Positions 17,462 to 27,400 of a DNA stretch of 32,000 bases are shown one piece after another. Every line of letters begins with the position of its first letter. The stretch's first letter is position 1. The notes beneath the pieces were generated by a model. That model worked only from the letters and a program-made list of their open reading frames with translations. It was not told the DNA's origin and searched no databases. The position numbers and the translations under genes are program-made. Origin of the DNA: an uncultured bacterium (GTDB lineage Bacteria > Patescibacteriota > Gracilibacteria > UBA1369 > PNNO01); assembly GCA_963704705.1 (NCBI GenBank), contig OY969931.1:270001-302000 (forward strand), in the 5' to 3' direction.

Positions 17462-18367
17462 GTGAGTGAATGTACACCATTTATATCAAAAAGTCCAGTC
17501 GGAATGCTTGAAATCAGGCTGGCTGTTTGTTATATTTTGACTATGAGAAATATACATGAAAAATTTGTTGAATATGGTCGCAATGCTCGAAAATGGATAA
17601 ATGAGTGCAAAATGCTTCTGCCTGAAATTGATAGGCAGAAAATTTGGTATGAAAAAGGATTTGGCAGTATTTATGAGTATGCATCAAAATTGGCCGGATT
17701 AAGCCATGGCCAGGTTCGTGATGCTTTGCGGATTATGAAAAGGATTGAAGATAAGCCGGCTTTGATTGAAGTTGCAAAAGAAAAAGGGATAAATGCTGTG
17801 AGACCGGTAGCAACAATCGCGACTAAAAAAAATCAGGAGTTTTGGGCTGAGAAAGCGCAGATAATGTCCAAAAATACTCTTATGGCATTTGTTCGTTCTA
17901 GTGGGACCGGTCCCACTTTAAATCAAAAGACCATACAAATGACATTAAGTCAAAAAACGGTTGCAAAACTTGAAAAAATTAAAGGAGATCGTGATTGGGA
18001 AGAAATCATGATTGAACTTTTGGAGGCAAAAGCATTGCAAAAACCTGCACCAGTTGAGAGTAAAAACCATTATATCCCTGCTGCAATTAGAAATTTTGTT
18101 ATACAAAAATACCATGGATTGTGCGCTTTTCCTGGTTGCTGCAAAGAATATGAAGAATTGCATCACACTTATAGATTTTCACTTTTTGGCGTGCACGATC
18201 CGGATCAAATTGTTCCGCTGTGCAAATCTCATCATGATTTGGCTCATCATGGCTTGATAGAAAACGAAACAAAATCGCCGGAAAAATGGGAAATTAGGGA
18301 GTTTGCCGAGGTTATACATCCAAATTTCGAAATTGATGAGTATATGCAGAAGTGTAGAAGCGGGTAG
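17462..18367 (+). CDS. HNH endonuclease domain protein
   Basis: C-terminal CAFPGCCKEYEELHHTYRFSLFGVHDPDQIVPLCKSHHDLAHHG. The provided ORF (17381) overlaps purL; GTG at 17462, two nt after the purL stop, is a more likely start. Confidence 0.75.
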   Translation: MSECTPFISKSPVGMLEIRLAVCYILTMRNIHEKFVEYGRNARKWINECKMLLPEIDRQKIWYEKGFGSIYEYASKLAGLSHGQVRDALRIMKRIEDKPALIEVAKEKGINAVRPVATIATKKNQEFWAEKAQIMSKNTLMAFVRSSGTGPTLNQKTIQMTLSQKTVAKLEKIKGDRDWEEIMIELLEAKALQKPAPVESKNHYIPAAIRNFVIQKYHGLCAFPGCCKEYEELHHTYRFSLFGVHDPDQIVPLCKSHHDLAHHGLIENETKSPEKWEIREFAEVIHPNFEIDEYMQKCRSG

Positions 18368-18384
18368 ATTGTTGTTAAAGACCC

Positions 18385-18413
18385 TTGTTTTTTTGGCTGA
18401 TTTATGCTAAAAT
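18385..18413 (+). promoter_or_regulatory. Sigma70-like promoter with extended -10 for the 18437-28147 gene block
   Basis: TTGTTT (18385-18390), 17 bp spacer ending TGC, TAAAAT (18408-18413). Confidence 0.55.
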
Positions 18414-18436
18414 ATTAGGAAAATAAAAATAAAAAC

Positions 18437-18925
18437 ATGCAAGAAATAAAAAACACATTTCATGAAGAAGTAATAAGCTGGGAAGCACCAGAATATTTCC
18501 AGCATGAAAAAGGCTGGAAGTGGTATTTAATAGCTGCAATTTTGATTGTGCTATTGGTTATTTATGGAATTTTTACAAACAATTTAACTTTGGCGATTGC
18601 TTTGGTGCTTGCTTCTGCGGTTTATATGATGGTGCATGCGCAGGCTCCACAACATGTAAATGTTATTGTTTCAAGAACAGGAATTAAAGTTGGGCAAAGG
18701 GAATATCCTTATCAAAATATTAAATTTTTCTGGATTATTTATAGTCCGCATAAGATAAAAACACTGAATTTAGAAACAAACTCAAGGTATTTACCTGATA
18801 TTTCAATTCAGCTTGGGGATCAGGACCCGGCTCAACTGCGAACTTTTTTACTTATGCATATAAGGGAAAAAGAAGGTAAGGAGGAAAATTTTGTAGATTT
18901 AATAATGCATATTCTTAAACTTTAA
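18437..18925 (+). CDS. Two-TM membrane protein with a C-terminal soluble domain, function unknown
   Basis: 162 aa; hydrophobic WYLIAAILIVLLVIYGIF...LTLAIALVLASAVYMMV, then VNVIVSRTGIKVGQREYPYQNIKFFWII. Confidence 0.75.
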   Translation: MQEIKNTFHEEVISWEAPEYFQHEKGWKWYLIAAILIVLLVIYGIFTNNLTLAIALVLASAVYMMVHAQAPQHVNVIVSRTGIKVGQREYPYQNIKFFWIIYSPHKIKTLNLETNSRYLPDISIQLGDQDPAQLRTFLLMHIREKEGKEENFVDLIMHILKL

Positions 18926-18928
18926 AAT

Positions 18929-20638
18929 ATGAATGGCGGACCAAACAAACCAAAAAAGGGACCTGAGGAAAGTGATGTTGAAAAAACAAAACTCGAATAT
19001 TTAAAAGAACAAAAAAATCAATTAAAAAAAAATACTAAACAATCGTTAAAGGAATTACGTGGTAAAATGCATATGCTTACGATTGGTGCCAGAGGCAGCG
19101 ATATTCCTTCTTTGAGACATGGGAAGTTTTTGGAAGCAGCTGAGAGAAATTTAAAACAAATTGAAGATAAATATTTAAAAGAATTTGATGCTTTGATTGA
19201 CCAAAAGATGTCTTATCAGGATTTGCTTCTTTCTATCGGAAGATTACAACGAAAACAAAAGTCTGAGATCGGCGGTTATAAAGATGCGATTGTATATGCA
19301 GTAAGGGCTTTTGCTGGTGCAAAAGGACAAATTGATCAGAAAGAATATGCATATTTTTATACAATTCTTGAAAATATTAATACTTTAAGCGAGCATTATG
19401 GCACTGATATTGGTGTTTTGTTTGCTCACATTCAGCAGGATAATTTGAATAAACAGGAATGGGATAAAATTTGCGAATATATTAAACAGTATCCTTATAC
19501 CAGAAATGTAACCAATGGCGGGGATGCGATAAAACTTTCAGTTACTGCTTTTTTATTTAAAGCACTTGATCAGAATCAAAGATACAAAGCTGTTATTGAG
19601 TATTCAAAAAGAAATGGACCAAGAGAAGCTGAGGAGCTTGCCGATTCCTTAGTTAAAGCAAATGTATTGAATATAAAGCAATATGAACAACTTATGAAAG
19701 AAATCCATGGCGACAAATATTCAATGGATGCAAATAAAGAAAAGGAAATTAGAGAAGCTCAGAACAATACAAGGAGATTATTGCGGGGTGTAAATCGAAA
19801 ACTTGGAAGTTCAATGTATATTAACGGCGCTGAAAGAGTTTTAAACAGAAAAAATATTGCGTCATTTATTATGACGGGTCTTGGAACTTTAGGCATGATA
19901 ACAAATTATTTATCACATTTGCAGTCCGGAAAAGGTTTGGGAAGATTGGTTGCCGGATTCAAGTCTCCTCATTTTATGTTTAGTGCTGCGGTTGCCGCAG
20001 GCGGAGTACATATGCTTCAAAGAGGAATGACTGCGGGATCACATGGAGAAAGTTATTTTAGCACCCTGTTAAAAGGAGAAAAGAGATTAACCAATCCATT
20101 TGGAGTTGGAAAAAACGCAGAAGTTAAAGATGGTCATTTTGCGGAATTGGTAAATATTTTTAAAGATCACAACCTGGTTGAAAAATACTTTTTGGAACAA
20201 AAAGGCTTTGATGATTTAGCTGATTTCCATATGGCTAAGAGGTTTGATAGAACAAAACGAGCAGTGGAAATAAGGGAAGAAAAGGGTAAAAGAATGGGGG
20301 AGGGTATGAATTTATTTGATGAATATTTACAGTTTATTGAGAAAAAAAGAGGAAAAAACTGTCCAGAGGCGATTATGTTTCGCGAAACAGGAAATCGTTA
20401 TGGTAAAGCCATAATGACAAGATATTTGGTACGAATAGCAGCTGCTCAGCAGGCTCTTGGAATTACAACTTCTGAATATTTCAATAAAACAAATATGAGA
20501 AGTCAGTTATTTACTCATAAAGACCTGCTTTTACATAGAGAGGGCGTTAGGTCTATTGCAAGGTCGAAATTGCCTGAAGTAAGAGCGCAGAAGGCTGCTG
20601 ATGAAGCTAAAAAGAAAAAACAAAAACAAACTAAATAA
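18929..20638 (+). CDS. Uncharacterised 569-aa charged/helical protein with weakly hydrophobic central segments
   Basis: Long intact ORF, 3-nt gap from the previous gene; IASFIMTGLGTLGMITNYL and FMFSAAVAAGGVHML; Lys-rich C-terminus. Confidence 0.8.
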   Translation: MNGGPNKPKKGPEESDVEKTKLEYLKEQKNQLKKNTKQSLKELRGKMHMLTIGARGSDIPSLRHGKFLEAAERNLKQIEDKYLKEFDALIDQKMSYQDLLLSIGRLQRKQKSEIGGYKDAIVYAVRAFAGAKGQIDQKEYAYFYTILENINTLSEHYGTDIGVLFAHIQQDNLNKQEWDKICEYIKQYPYTRNVTNGGDAIKLSVTAFLFKALDQNQRYKAVIEYSKRNGPREAEELADSLVKANVLNIKQYEQLMKEIHGDKYSMDANKEKEIREAQNNTRRLLRGVNRKLGSSMYINGAERVLNRKNIASFIMTGLGTLGMITNYLSHLQSGKGLGRLVAGFKSPHFMFSAAVAAGGVHMLQRGMTAGSHGESYFSTLLKGEKRLTNPFGVGKNAEVKDGHFAELVNIFKDHNLVEKYFLEQKGFDDLADFHMAKRFDRTKRAVEIREEKGKRMGEGMNLFDEYLQFIEKKRGKNCPEAIMFRETGNRYGKAIMTRYLVRIAAAQQALGITTSEYFNKTNMRSQLFTHKDLLLHREGVRSIARSKLPEVRAQKAADEAKKKKQKQTK

Positions 20639-20644
20639 TATTAT

Positions 20645-22096
20645 ATGCAGCAATTAGGAGCATCATTTGTACAATCATTTTTGGTTCCTTACATAAAAAA
20701 CAATATCCTCGGAAATGTTGATAAAGACGAGAGGCTGCAGCGTGAAATAAGATTTGATACAGTACCTTCTCCAACTGATATAGATGGTCTTGAAACATCG
20801 TATTTTACAAATACAGGTACAGTGCTTGATACAGATATGGCTTTAAGAAAAGTGTTCTTTAATGAATTTATAGAATTTATAAACAGACAAAAGAATATTG
20901 CTAACGGCAATGTTTATCAGCTTGCTTTCAGATTATTACCTGATGCAAAAACAAAAACTTATTCAAAAGACGCGACAAATAATCTGGAAAAATTCGGGTT
21001 TGAAGCTGCTAAAGCAATGGAAGATCATGTTGCAGCTGAATTAATTAGACAAAAAGAAGCAAACGGTGAAATTAAAAAAGAACAAGCTGAAGATGACCGA
21101 AGAAAACTTAAAGAAGGTAAATTGATTTTGGTTAGAGGCAAAGACAGTAATTTTAAATACAAATCAGAAGATGATATTAAAAGAGCTATTGCAAGTCGCG
21201 AAAAAGCCATTGAATTCTGGGATGATGTTTTGGCAGATGATTCTCCGCAGGGGCCAGTTGCTTATGGAATGAATCCTTTGGAAATTCCAGAACAGGGTAA
21301 GGAAGAAAAGGGTTCAACATTAGCTGGTTTGCAAAAACAGGTCTGGACAGGAATTGCGATAAAAGCTGAGAAAGAGCTTGAAAATAATGGTATTTATGTT
21401 GAGGCGAGGCTTAAAGTTGATCAAAACGGGGTAGCGTATGGAACCGTTCAAGATCGCAGAGGGGTTGCGCTTAAAGGTGAAGTGAGTGTAATTAAACCAG
21501 GCAAACGAAACTATAAGTTTACATTTGCTAATCAGCCGTCTAAGAAATTTTTCGTTAATCAAGATGAATTAAAAACAGAGTTTAAAGATAAAAAACATTC
21601 AGCAAACGAAGTTTATGCAAATAAACAAATATCTGAAAGAAAAAGAGAAGAATTAATAACAAGAGTTGGTATTCCTGCAAAGGGAGGAGTACAAATGATC
21701 CCGAAAACGCCAAAAGTAGCATTTACACAAACTGAAGCCGGACAAACCAATACTCCGGCAAATCAACAGGTCTATGAAGGTCCGGTACCAATTGGTGTTC
21801 AAGCCGGAAAGAGAGCAAGTGTTCAAACAGAACAAGGTGCGGGCGCGGTTCCTGCTGGTTATCCTTCAGGACCAATAGAAGCAAAAGAGGCATTTGAACA
21901 AAAAAGATTGGCACAAGAAACAGAAGTAAACGCTGGATCAGGAAGCAGGTTATTCAAGTCGAAAAAAGCCCAGCAAGGCGGCCTGCAATCAGGTTCGCGA
22001 TTATTCAGAAACAGCCCGATAGGTAGAGTAATGAAATATTATGCGGCAACTGCAGCTGGTTTTGGTGGTGCTTTGGGATTCTACATTTTCTCTTAA
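20645..22096 (+). CDS. Uncharacterised 483-aa protein with a C-terminal hydrophobic segment (tail-anchored candidate)
   Basis: Long intact ORF; C-terminus SPIGRVMKYYAATAAGFGGALGFYIFS preceded by a low-complexity Gln/Ala/Gly region. Confidence 0.8.
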   Translation: MQQLGASFVQSFLVPYIKNNILGNVDKDERLQREIRFDTVPSPTDIDGLETSYFTNTGTVLDTDMALRKVFFNEFIEFINRQKNIANGNVYQLAFRLLPDAKTKTYSKDATNNLEKFGFEAAKAMEDHVAAELIRQKEANGEIKKEQAEDDRRKLKEGKLILVRGKDSNFKYKSEDDIKRAIASREKAIEFWDDVLADDSPQGPVAYGMNPLEIPEQGKEEKGSTLAGLQKQVWTGIAIKAEKELENNGIYVEARLKVDQNGVAYGTVQDRRGVALKGEVSVIKPGKRNYKFTFANQPSKKFFVNQDELKTEFKDKKHSANEVYANKQISERKREELITRVGIPAKGGVQMIPKTPKVAFTQTEAGQTNTPANQQVYEGPVPIGVQAGKRASVQTEQGAGAVPAGYPSGPIEAKEAFEQKRLAQETEVNAGSGSRLFKSKKAQQGGLQSGSRLFRNSPIGRVMKYYAATAAGFGGALGFYIFS

Positions 22097-22116
22097 ACTA
22101 AAATAAACTTAAAATA

Positions 22117-24447
22117 ATGAAAAAACAAAAATATATATCAAAGAAATGGTTCATATTACTGGCAGTTGTACTGCTTTTAATTCCAGTAACTGCATATGCG
22201 GCATTAGGAGATGCAGCTTCAGCTGGTACAAATCAGGCAGCTACAGTAAGTGGTCAGGCAGTAAGTTCTTTTAATCAGGTACTTAATGCCATGGTTGGGT
22301 TTTTAAGCCAGGTGTTGCAGTTGTTACAAAAGATTTTATGGCCTTTATTCCTGGCGATCGGTGGATTAATGAATAATGATCTCTTATTTGGTGCCGGCAT
22401 GGAAGAAAGATTATTAAGTATATGGGTGCAGATTAGAAATCTTGTGAATATAATTTTTGTTGTTGCATTGCTTGGAATAGCTTTATATAACGTAACTGGT
22501 TTTTCAAAAGAAGGTGATTATCAATTGAAAACATTTTTACCCAAGTTTGTTATTGCTTTGATTTTAGTGAATTTTACTTTTATAGGACTTAAGTTTGTAT
22601 TGGATGTAAGCAATGTTTTAACAAATGTTGTTTTTACTCTTCCTCAGTCTATAAGTGCTGAATTGGCCACAACGCAGGTTTATTTACCAAAAGAAGCTGA
22701 ATTGGCTGACTATGTAAAAGCTAATAATATATCTGATAAAGATTTGAAAAAGATACAAACCAATATAGATAGCGTGTGCAAGGCAATGTTTGGAACTTAT
22801 GAACAAGCCAAAGCAAAAAAAACTGCTTATCTTGCACAAACAAATAAAGATCCAAAGCAAGACCCTTCTAATTTTTATTGCGAAGTGGATACAAATAAAA
22901 ACGTTTATGTATTAACCGATAACGGAAGAAAATTTTTCCAAAAATATTCTTCAAGAAATTCCCCGTTGGTATTGGCAGTTCAAATGATGAAGGTTGTTGA
23001 TGTTGATAAAATTAGTGATGCATTAAAAGGTACTTCACCAAACCTTTCTAAATTAACATTTAATATTTTATTTTCAGTAATTATTTATTTGATTTACGCT
23101 GTGGCGTATGTGGTCTTATTTGTTGTGCTATTGGCCAGATTAGTATTTTTATGGATTATAATTGCACTTTCTCCTTTGATAGCACTTAAAATAGTTTTTT
23201 CAAAACTCCCAACGGGTGATAAAGACTTTTTGAGTTTATTTATTACAAACGCGTTTGTTCCGGTATTAATTGGTATTCCCTTAACAATAGGTTACATAAT
23301 GCTTGGAGCTTTGCAGGATGCGAGCAGTCCTATTACGCAGGATTTTAATTTGAATACATTGTTTAATCTTGAAACTTCGGGTGTTTCTGATTTGCAGACT
23401 ATGGTGATTGCATTTGGTGCGGTTGCTGTAGTTTGGTTTGGTGTATTTGCAGCAGCTGAAAAATCAATTGCTGCAAGCGTAGTCCAAGCTATTAAGAGCA
23501 GGGTTAGAGGTGCTGGTACAACATTGGCAAGAGCAACAAGATTCTTACCAATCATTCCAGCAGCAGCCGGCAATAAAGGAAGGGCCAGTATTGCTCAATT
23601 AAGCAGTTTGGCTACTGCACCATTAAGACGGTTGCAAGAACGATATGGGGGTGAATTTGGTGGAAAAACAATTTCTAAATATAATATTGAAGCTTTGGCT
23701 AGAACTAAAAGAACTGGTTCAGCCAGAGAATTACAACAATTCTTGGCTCAAGGTGTCACTAATCCTAAGTTCCAAAAGCCCTTGGGTCAAGTTGTAGGAA
23801 GATGGAGTCGAAGTGGTACAAAAGAACAAAAAAAACTCGCTCAAGAAATATCAGCTAAGATTGGTCCGGCAGGTTTAAGAAGATTTGAACGAGGTCAATT
23901 AAAACCTGAAGAAGCAAGACAAATTCAGCAATATGCTCAAGGCCAGATTGCTTCTCCGCTTGGTACTCCTAGAACAACAAAGCCGGGTGCTGCTAAGACT
24001 CCAGCAAATGCTGATGCGCAAAGAGCACAAAAATTTAATCAGGTACGGCATGCAGCTGAATTAGGATATATTCCAACAACTAATGAAGCATATACTGCAT
24101 CACAAGCAGGCAAAACAGCTGAATTTGATGCATATGCCAAAGGTCATACCAATGAAATGAAAGTATATGCAGCAATCAGTGCATCAAATGATTCTCTTAA
24201 AAATGCACAGGATAAAGCTAAAGAAATTTCACGTAAAAATATGACGGAAGCTGAGGTTAAAGATGCTGCCGCACAACTAAAAACACACCTTACTAGTGCG
24301 AAGACAACTTTAAAAGGAAAAGGTTTAAGTCCGGCTCAAATAAAGAAAGTATTACAAGATATCGTTCAAAAACAATATCAAAATAAACAAACTGATTTCT
24401 ATAAAACTGATTCAGGAAAAGCTATTAGAGATTTAATAAATAGCTAA
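22117..24447 (+). CDS. Polytopic membrane protein, VirB6/TrbL-like, with signal peptide and long soluble tail
   Basis: 776 aa; signal peptide FILLAVVLLLIPVTAYA; TM segments LWPLFLAIGGLM, IIFVVALLGIALYNV, FVIALILVNFTFIGLKFVL, LIYAVAYVVLFVVLLARLVFLWIIIALSPLIAL, MVIAFGAVAVVWFGVFAAAE. Confidence 0.75.
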   Translation: MKKQKYISKKWFILLAVVLLLIPVTAYAALGDAASAGTNQAATVSGQAVSSFNQVLNAMVGFLSQVLQLLQKILWPLFLAIGGLMNNDLLFGAGMEERLLSIWVQIRNLVNIIFVVALLGIALYNVTGFSKEGDYQLKTFLPKFVIALILVNFTFIGLKFVLDVSNVLTNVVFTLPQSISAELATTQVYLPKEAELADYVKANNISDKDLKKIQTNIDSVCKAMFGTYEQAKAKKTAYLAQTNKDPKQDPSNFYCEVDTNKNVYVLTDNGRKFFQKYSSRNSPLVLAVQMMKVVDVDKISDALKGTSPNLSKLTFNILFSVIIYLIYAVAYVVLFVVLLARLVFLWIIIALSPLIALKIVFSKLPTGDKDFLSLFITNAFVPVLIGIPLTIGYIMLGALQDASSPITQDFNLNTLFNLETSGVSDLQTMVIAFGAVAVVWFGVFAAAEKSIAASVVQAIKSRVRGAGTTLARATRFLPIIPAAAGNKGRASIAQLSSLATAPLRRLQERYGGEFGGKTISKYNIEALARTKRTGSARELQQFLAQGVTNPKFQKPLGQVVGRWSRSGTKEQKKLAQEISAKIGPAGLRRFERGQLKPEEARQIQQYAQGQIASPLGTPRTTKPGAAKTPANADAQRAQKFNQVRHAAELGYIPTTNEAYTASQAGKTAEFDAYAKGHTNEMKVYAAISASNDSLKNAQDKAKEISRKNMTEAEVKDAAAQLKTHLTSAKTTLKGKGLSPAQIKKVLQDIVQKQYQNKQTDFYKTDSGKAIRDLINS

Positions 24448-24463
24448 AAACAAAAACTAAAAA

Positions 24464-27400
24464 ATGAAAAACCCATTCCTAAAACTAGCGAACTTGCTGT
24501 TCAGAAGTCATGAAAATGACTATCTGTTTGGTGAGAAAAGATTTGCTTATTTTGCCGGATCAAATGGTCCGGAGGATGATGATGATATTGAAAAAGAAGC
24601 TAAAGCTAAAGAACGTAAAGAAGTTCAAAAAGAAGAATTACCGGAAATAATTGAGCCGGAAGTTTTTGAAACAAGATCTGCGGTGGTAGAACAGGTTCAT
24701 TCGTTATTTGATCAGATTGAATATACATTGCCACCTGACGTTGACCCCGGACGGCTTAAAAAAGCCAAAGAAACAGTTAATAAAAATGCTGCAGAAATTG
24801 AAATATATGAAAAGCAATTTGATACAAAAAGTTTGGAATTCACCGGTGAAATGGGTGTTGAATCGACCGAGGAGCTTCAAGATGAGATTTGGAAAGTTTT
24901 GTACAGTGTTGTTCCTGAATTTAAGAACCAAGCTTTAAAGGAGTATAAGAGTTTTAATCCTGATTTGATTCCTCCTACTTTAAGCATGAAACTTAAAAAA
25001 GGTTTGGCTGCAATTTGGAAGAAGAATACCGAAAAAAAGTTAAGTTCGCGATTTTTAAATAAATTTATTGCTGATTCATTAAAAATAATGGATAAGGTTG
25101 CTGAGCATGAATTTGAAATGTTTAAACCAATTATCGAGGTAAAAGAGGTAATGTGGGATATGTATGACCATAGAAAGAAACAAAATGTCGAAGAAATGAT
25201 GCTTAGAGGTGCTATAAATTATTCAGGACTTCCCTTGGAAAAGGGTATGGAATATACGGGTATTGAAAATGTAATTACCGGATGGAAAGAAAATCATGAG
25301 CCAATAGAAGAAAAACATTCTAAGAATTGGGTTGTCACAGATGTATATATTAACAAAGAACGGTTTGTAGATCCTGAAGATCTAAAAAATAAAATAAGAA
25401 TGAAAATGACAGGTGTATGGGTTGCACTTAGCAGCGGCAATCAAGTTTATAGAATGCCAATGAACAGATTGCCGGAATTTATTAATTTGCACAGAATAAA
25501 GCCAATAGTAAAAAATAAAGAAGATTTGTACAATAATGTACCGCATTTAAAAGAAATGAATATTGAGTTAAAACCTGGAATGGAAATAGAATATGATGAT
25601 TGGGTTTACAATAAAGATAAGCAAAAATATGTTGCTGTTCCAAAAAAAGTAAAAATTAAATATTTAGATGATAAAACCGTTAAGCTAGATAAGGAAATTT
25701 CGATATTTATAAGTAATGATCCTGAAGATAGACCCAAGGATGAAGTAAGCTTAGGTGAATTTTCAATTTGGTTAAACAGAAATATTGCAGTTCCAACAAT
25801 GAATGTTGATGAACTAAAAACTAAGCTTAATGAGCACTATGAATTTATGAATACGAAATACAAACGTAATCCGGAATGTCATGATCCGATTGTTTTAGTC
25901 AAAGGTGAAGTGATTTATGCAGATGCTCCGGGAAATCCTCTTTATCAAATAGTTAATGATCCTTTAAGTGATGGTATGGTTAAGTTAAGTCAGGGCTTGC
26001 AATTCACGTTCCCGAAATTCCTGAAATGGGTTTATGAATATGGAATGGAACCTTTTAAACCCGAACTTGAAGCAAACAAGGTTAAATATTATATGAAAGG
26101 TTCTAATCGGGCTGCAGAAAAAGCAATGAAGAATGCGCAGCTTACACAGGATGGCTTCCTTAAAGAAGGAATATGGAGGGACACATTTAAAAAATTAAAA
26201 GAAAAAGGTATTGAAGGCATTCATGATGGACCTGAATTAAATATAAAACAAGATGTCAAAAATACACCTATGAAAGTGAGCCATAGCTTTTTACGTGAAT
26301 TTATAGGTAATACTTATTTAATGGATATAGACAGCATATGGCAATTGTTTAAAACCGGTAAAGAATACTACACTCGTAACTGGAGACGAAGACAAAAAGC
26401 CAGATATTCAGCTATTGGTAAAGGTGTGCCTTGGTTTGCTAACGAGTTCGAACGTATTAACCAGCAAGCTGAAACCGAAGAAATGAATCAGTTCAAAGAA
26501 GCCATGGATCAATGGGGTATCAGGCAGATAGAAGAAACCTTATATGAAACAAATAATAGAGATCAACTTAAAGCTTGTTTTAGTGCATTAGCTGAAAAAG
26601 GACAAATCAGATGGGATGACAGAAGATTGTGGGATGCAATCAATAAGTTTACTGACATCAATCATAAAATTCCAATGCCCGAAGAAGGTCAGGATCCAAA
26701 CACTCCTTTCAGGGAAGGAACAGGTCAGTTATTTCAGGGTATTGATGTGGCGGGCAAGGCTCCGGTTGATTTTATACCTGAAGCACTCGATTCTTTATGG
26801 GGTGAAAGTAGTTATGTCAGCTGGAAACGTCAAAACGATAGTGCTATGGAAGATGGTATTTCTAAATCGTACAACAAAGCGGAAGAATTGGAGAGTGATC
26901 CGAATAATACCGGTGGTATCGCAAAGGAACTTCAAAACCTGCTAGAGCGTCATCTTAGAGGTGAATATGTTGACCCTACTGAGTTTGAAGGAATGTTGCG
27001 CTTCATAGTTGAAAAAGGTAAAGCAGGAGGAAAACATAAAATGTATTATCTTTTAATGGGAACAAGTGCAAAATATCCGCCAGGTGATCCAAACGGACGC
27101 TCAATTATGGGTTGGGACAGGGTTGGTAGATTTATCAGTAAATATTGTAATCAGTTCCCTGCAATGGATTATTTTAGTGCAACTAATACTGATCCAAAAC
27201 GTGATTCTGCAACCGGAGAAATATTTACAAGAGCATGGGTTAAAAAAGATTTCGATTATTTAACAAAACCATGGGTGGATAGATTTGTTCAGACCGGCAA
27301 AGCGGATCCGCCAAGTGATGCAGATAAATTTATGTGGAGAGAAGTACTTACTTCTGACGCTTTCCAGAAGCGTTTGGAAAAAGGTATTAATAATGCGCAA

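Noticed and set aside
26616-26945. 109-aa plus-strand ORF in another frame, plus similar nested ORFs at 24708, 27066 and 27285
   Set aside because: They lie entirely within the intact 1227-aa ORF, which stays open through them; no evidence of a frameshift or overlapping gene.
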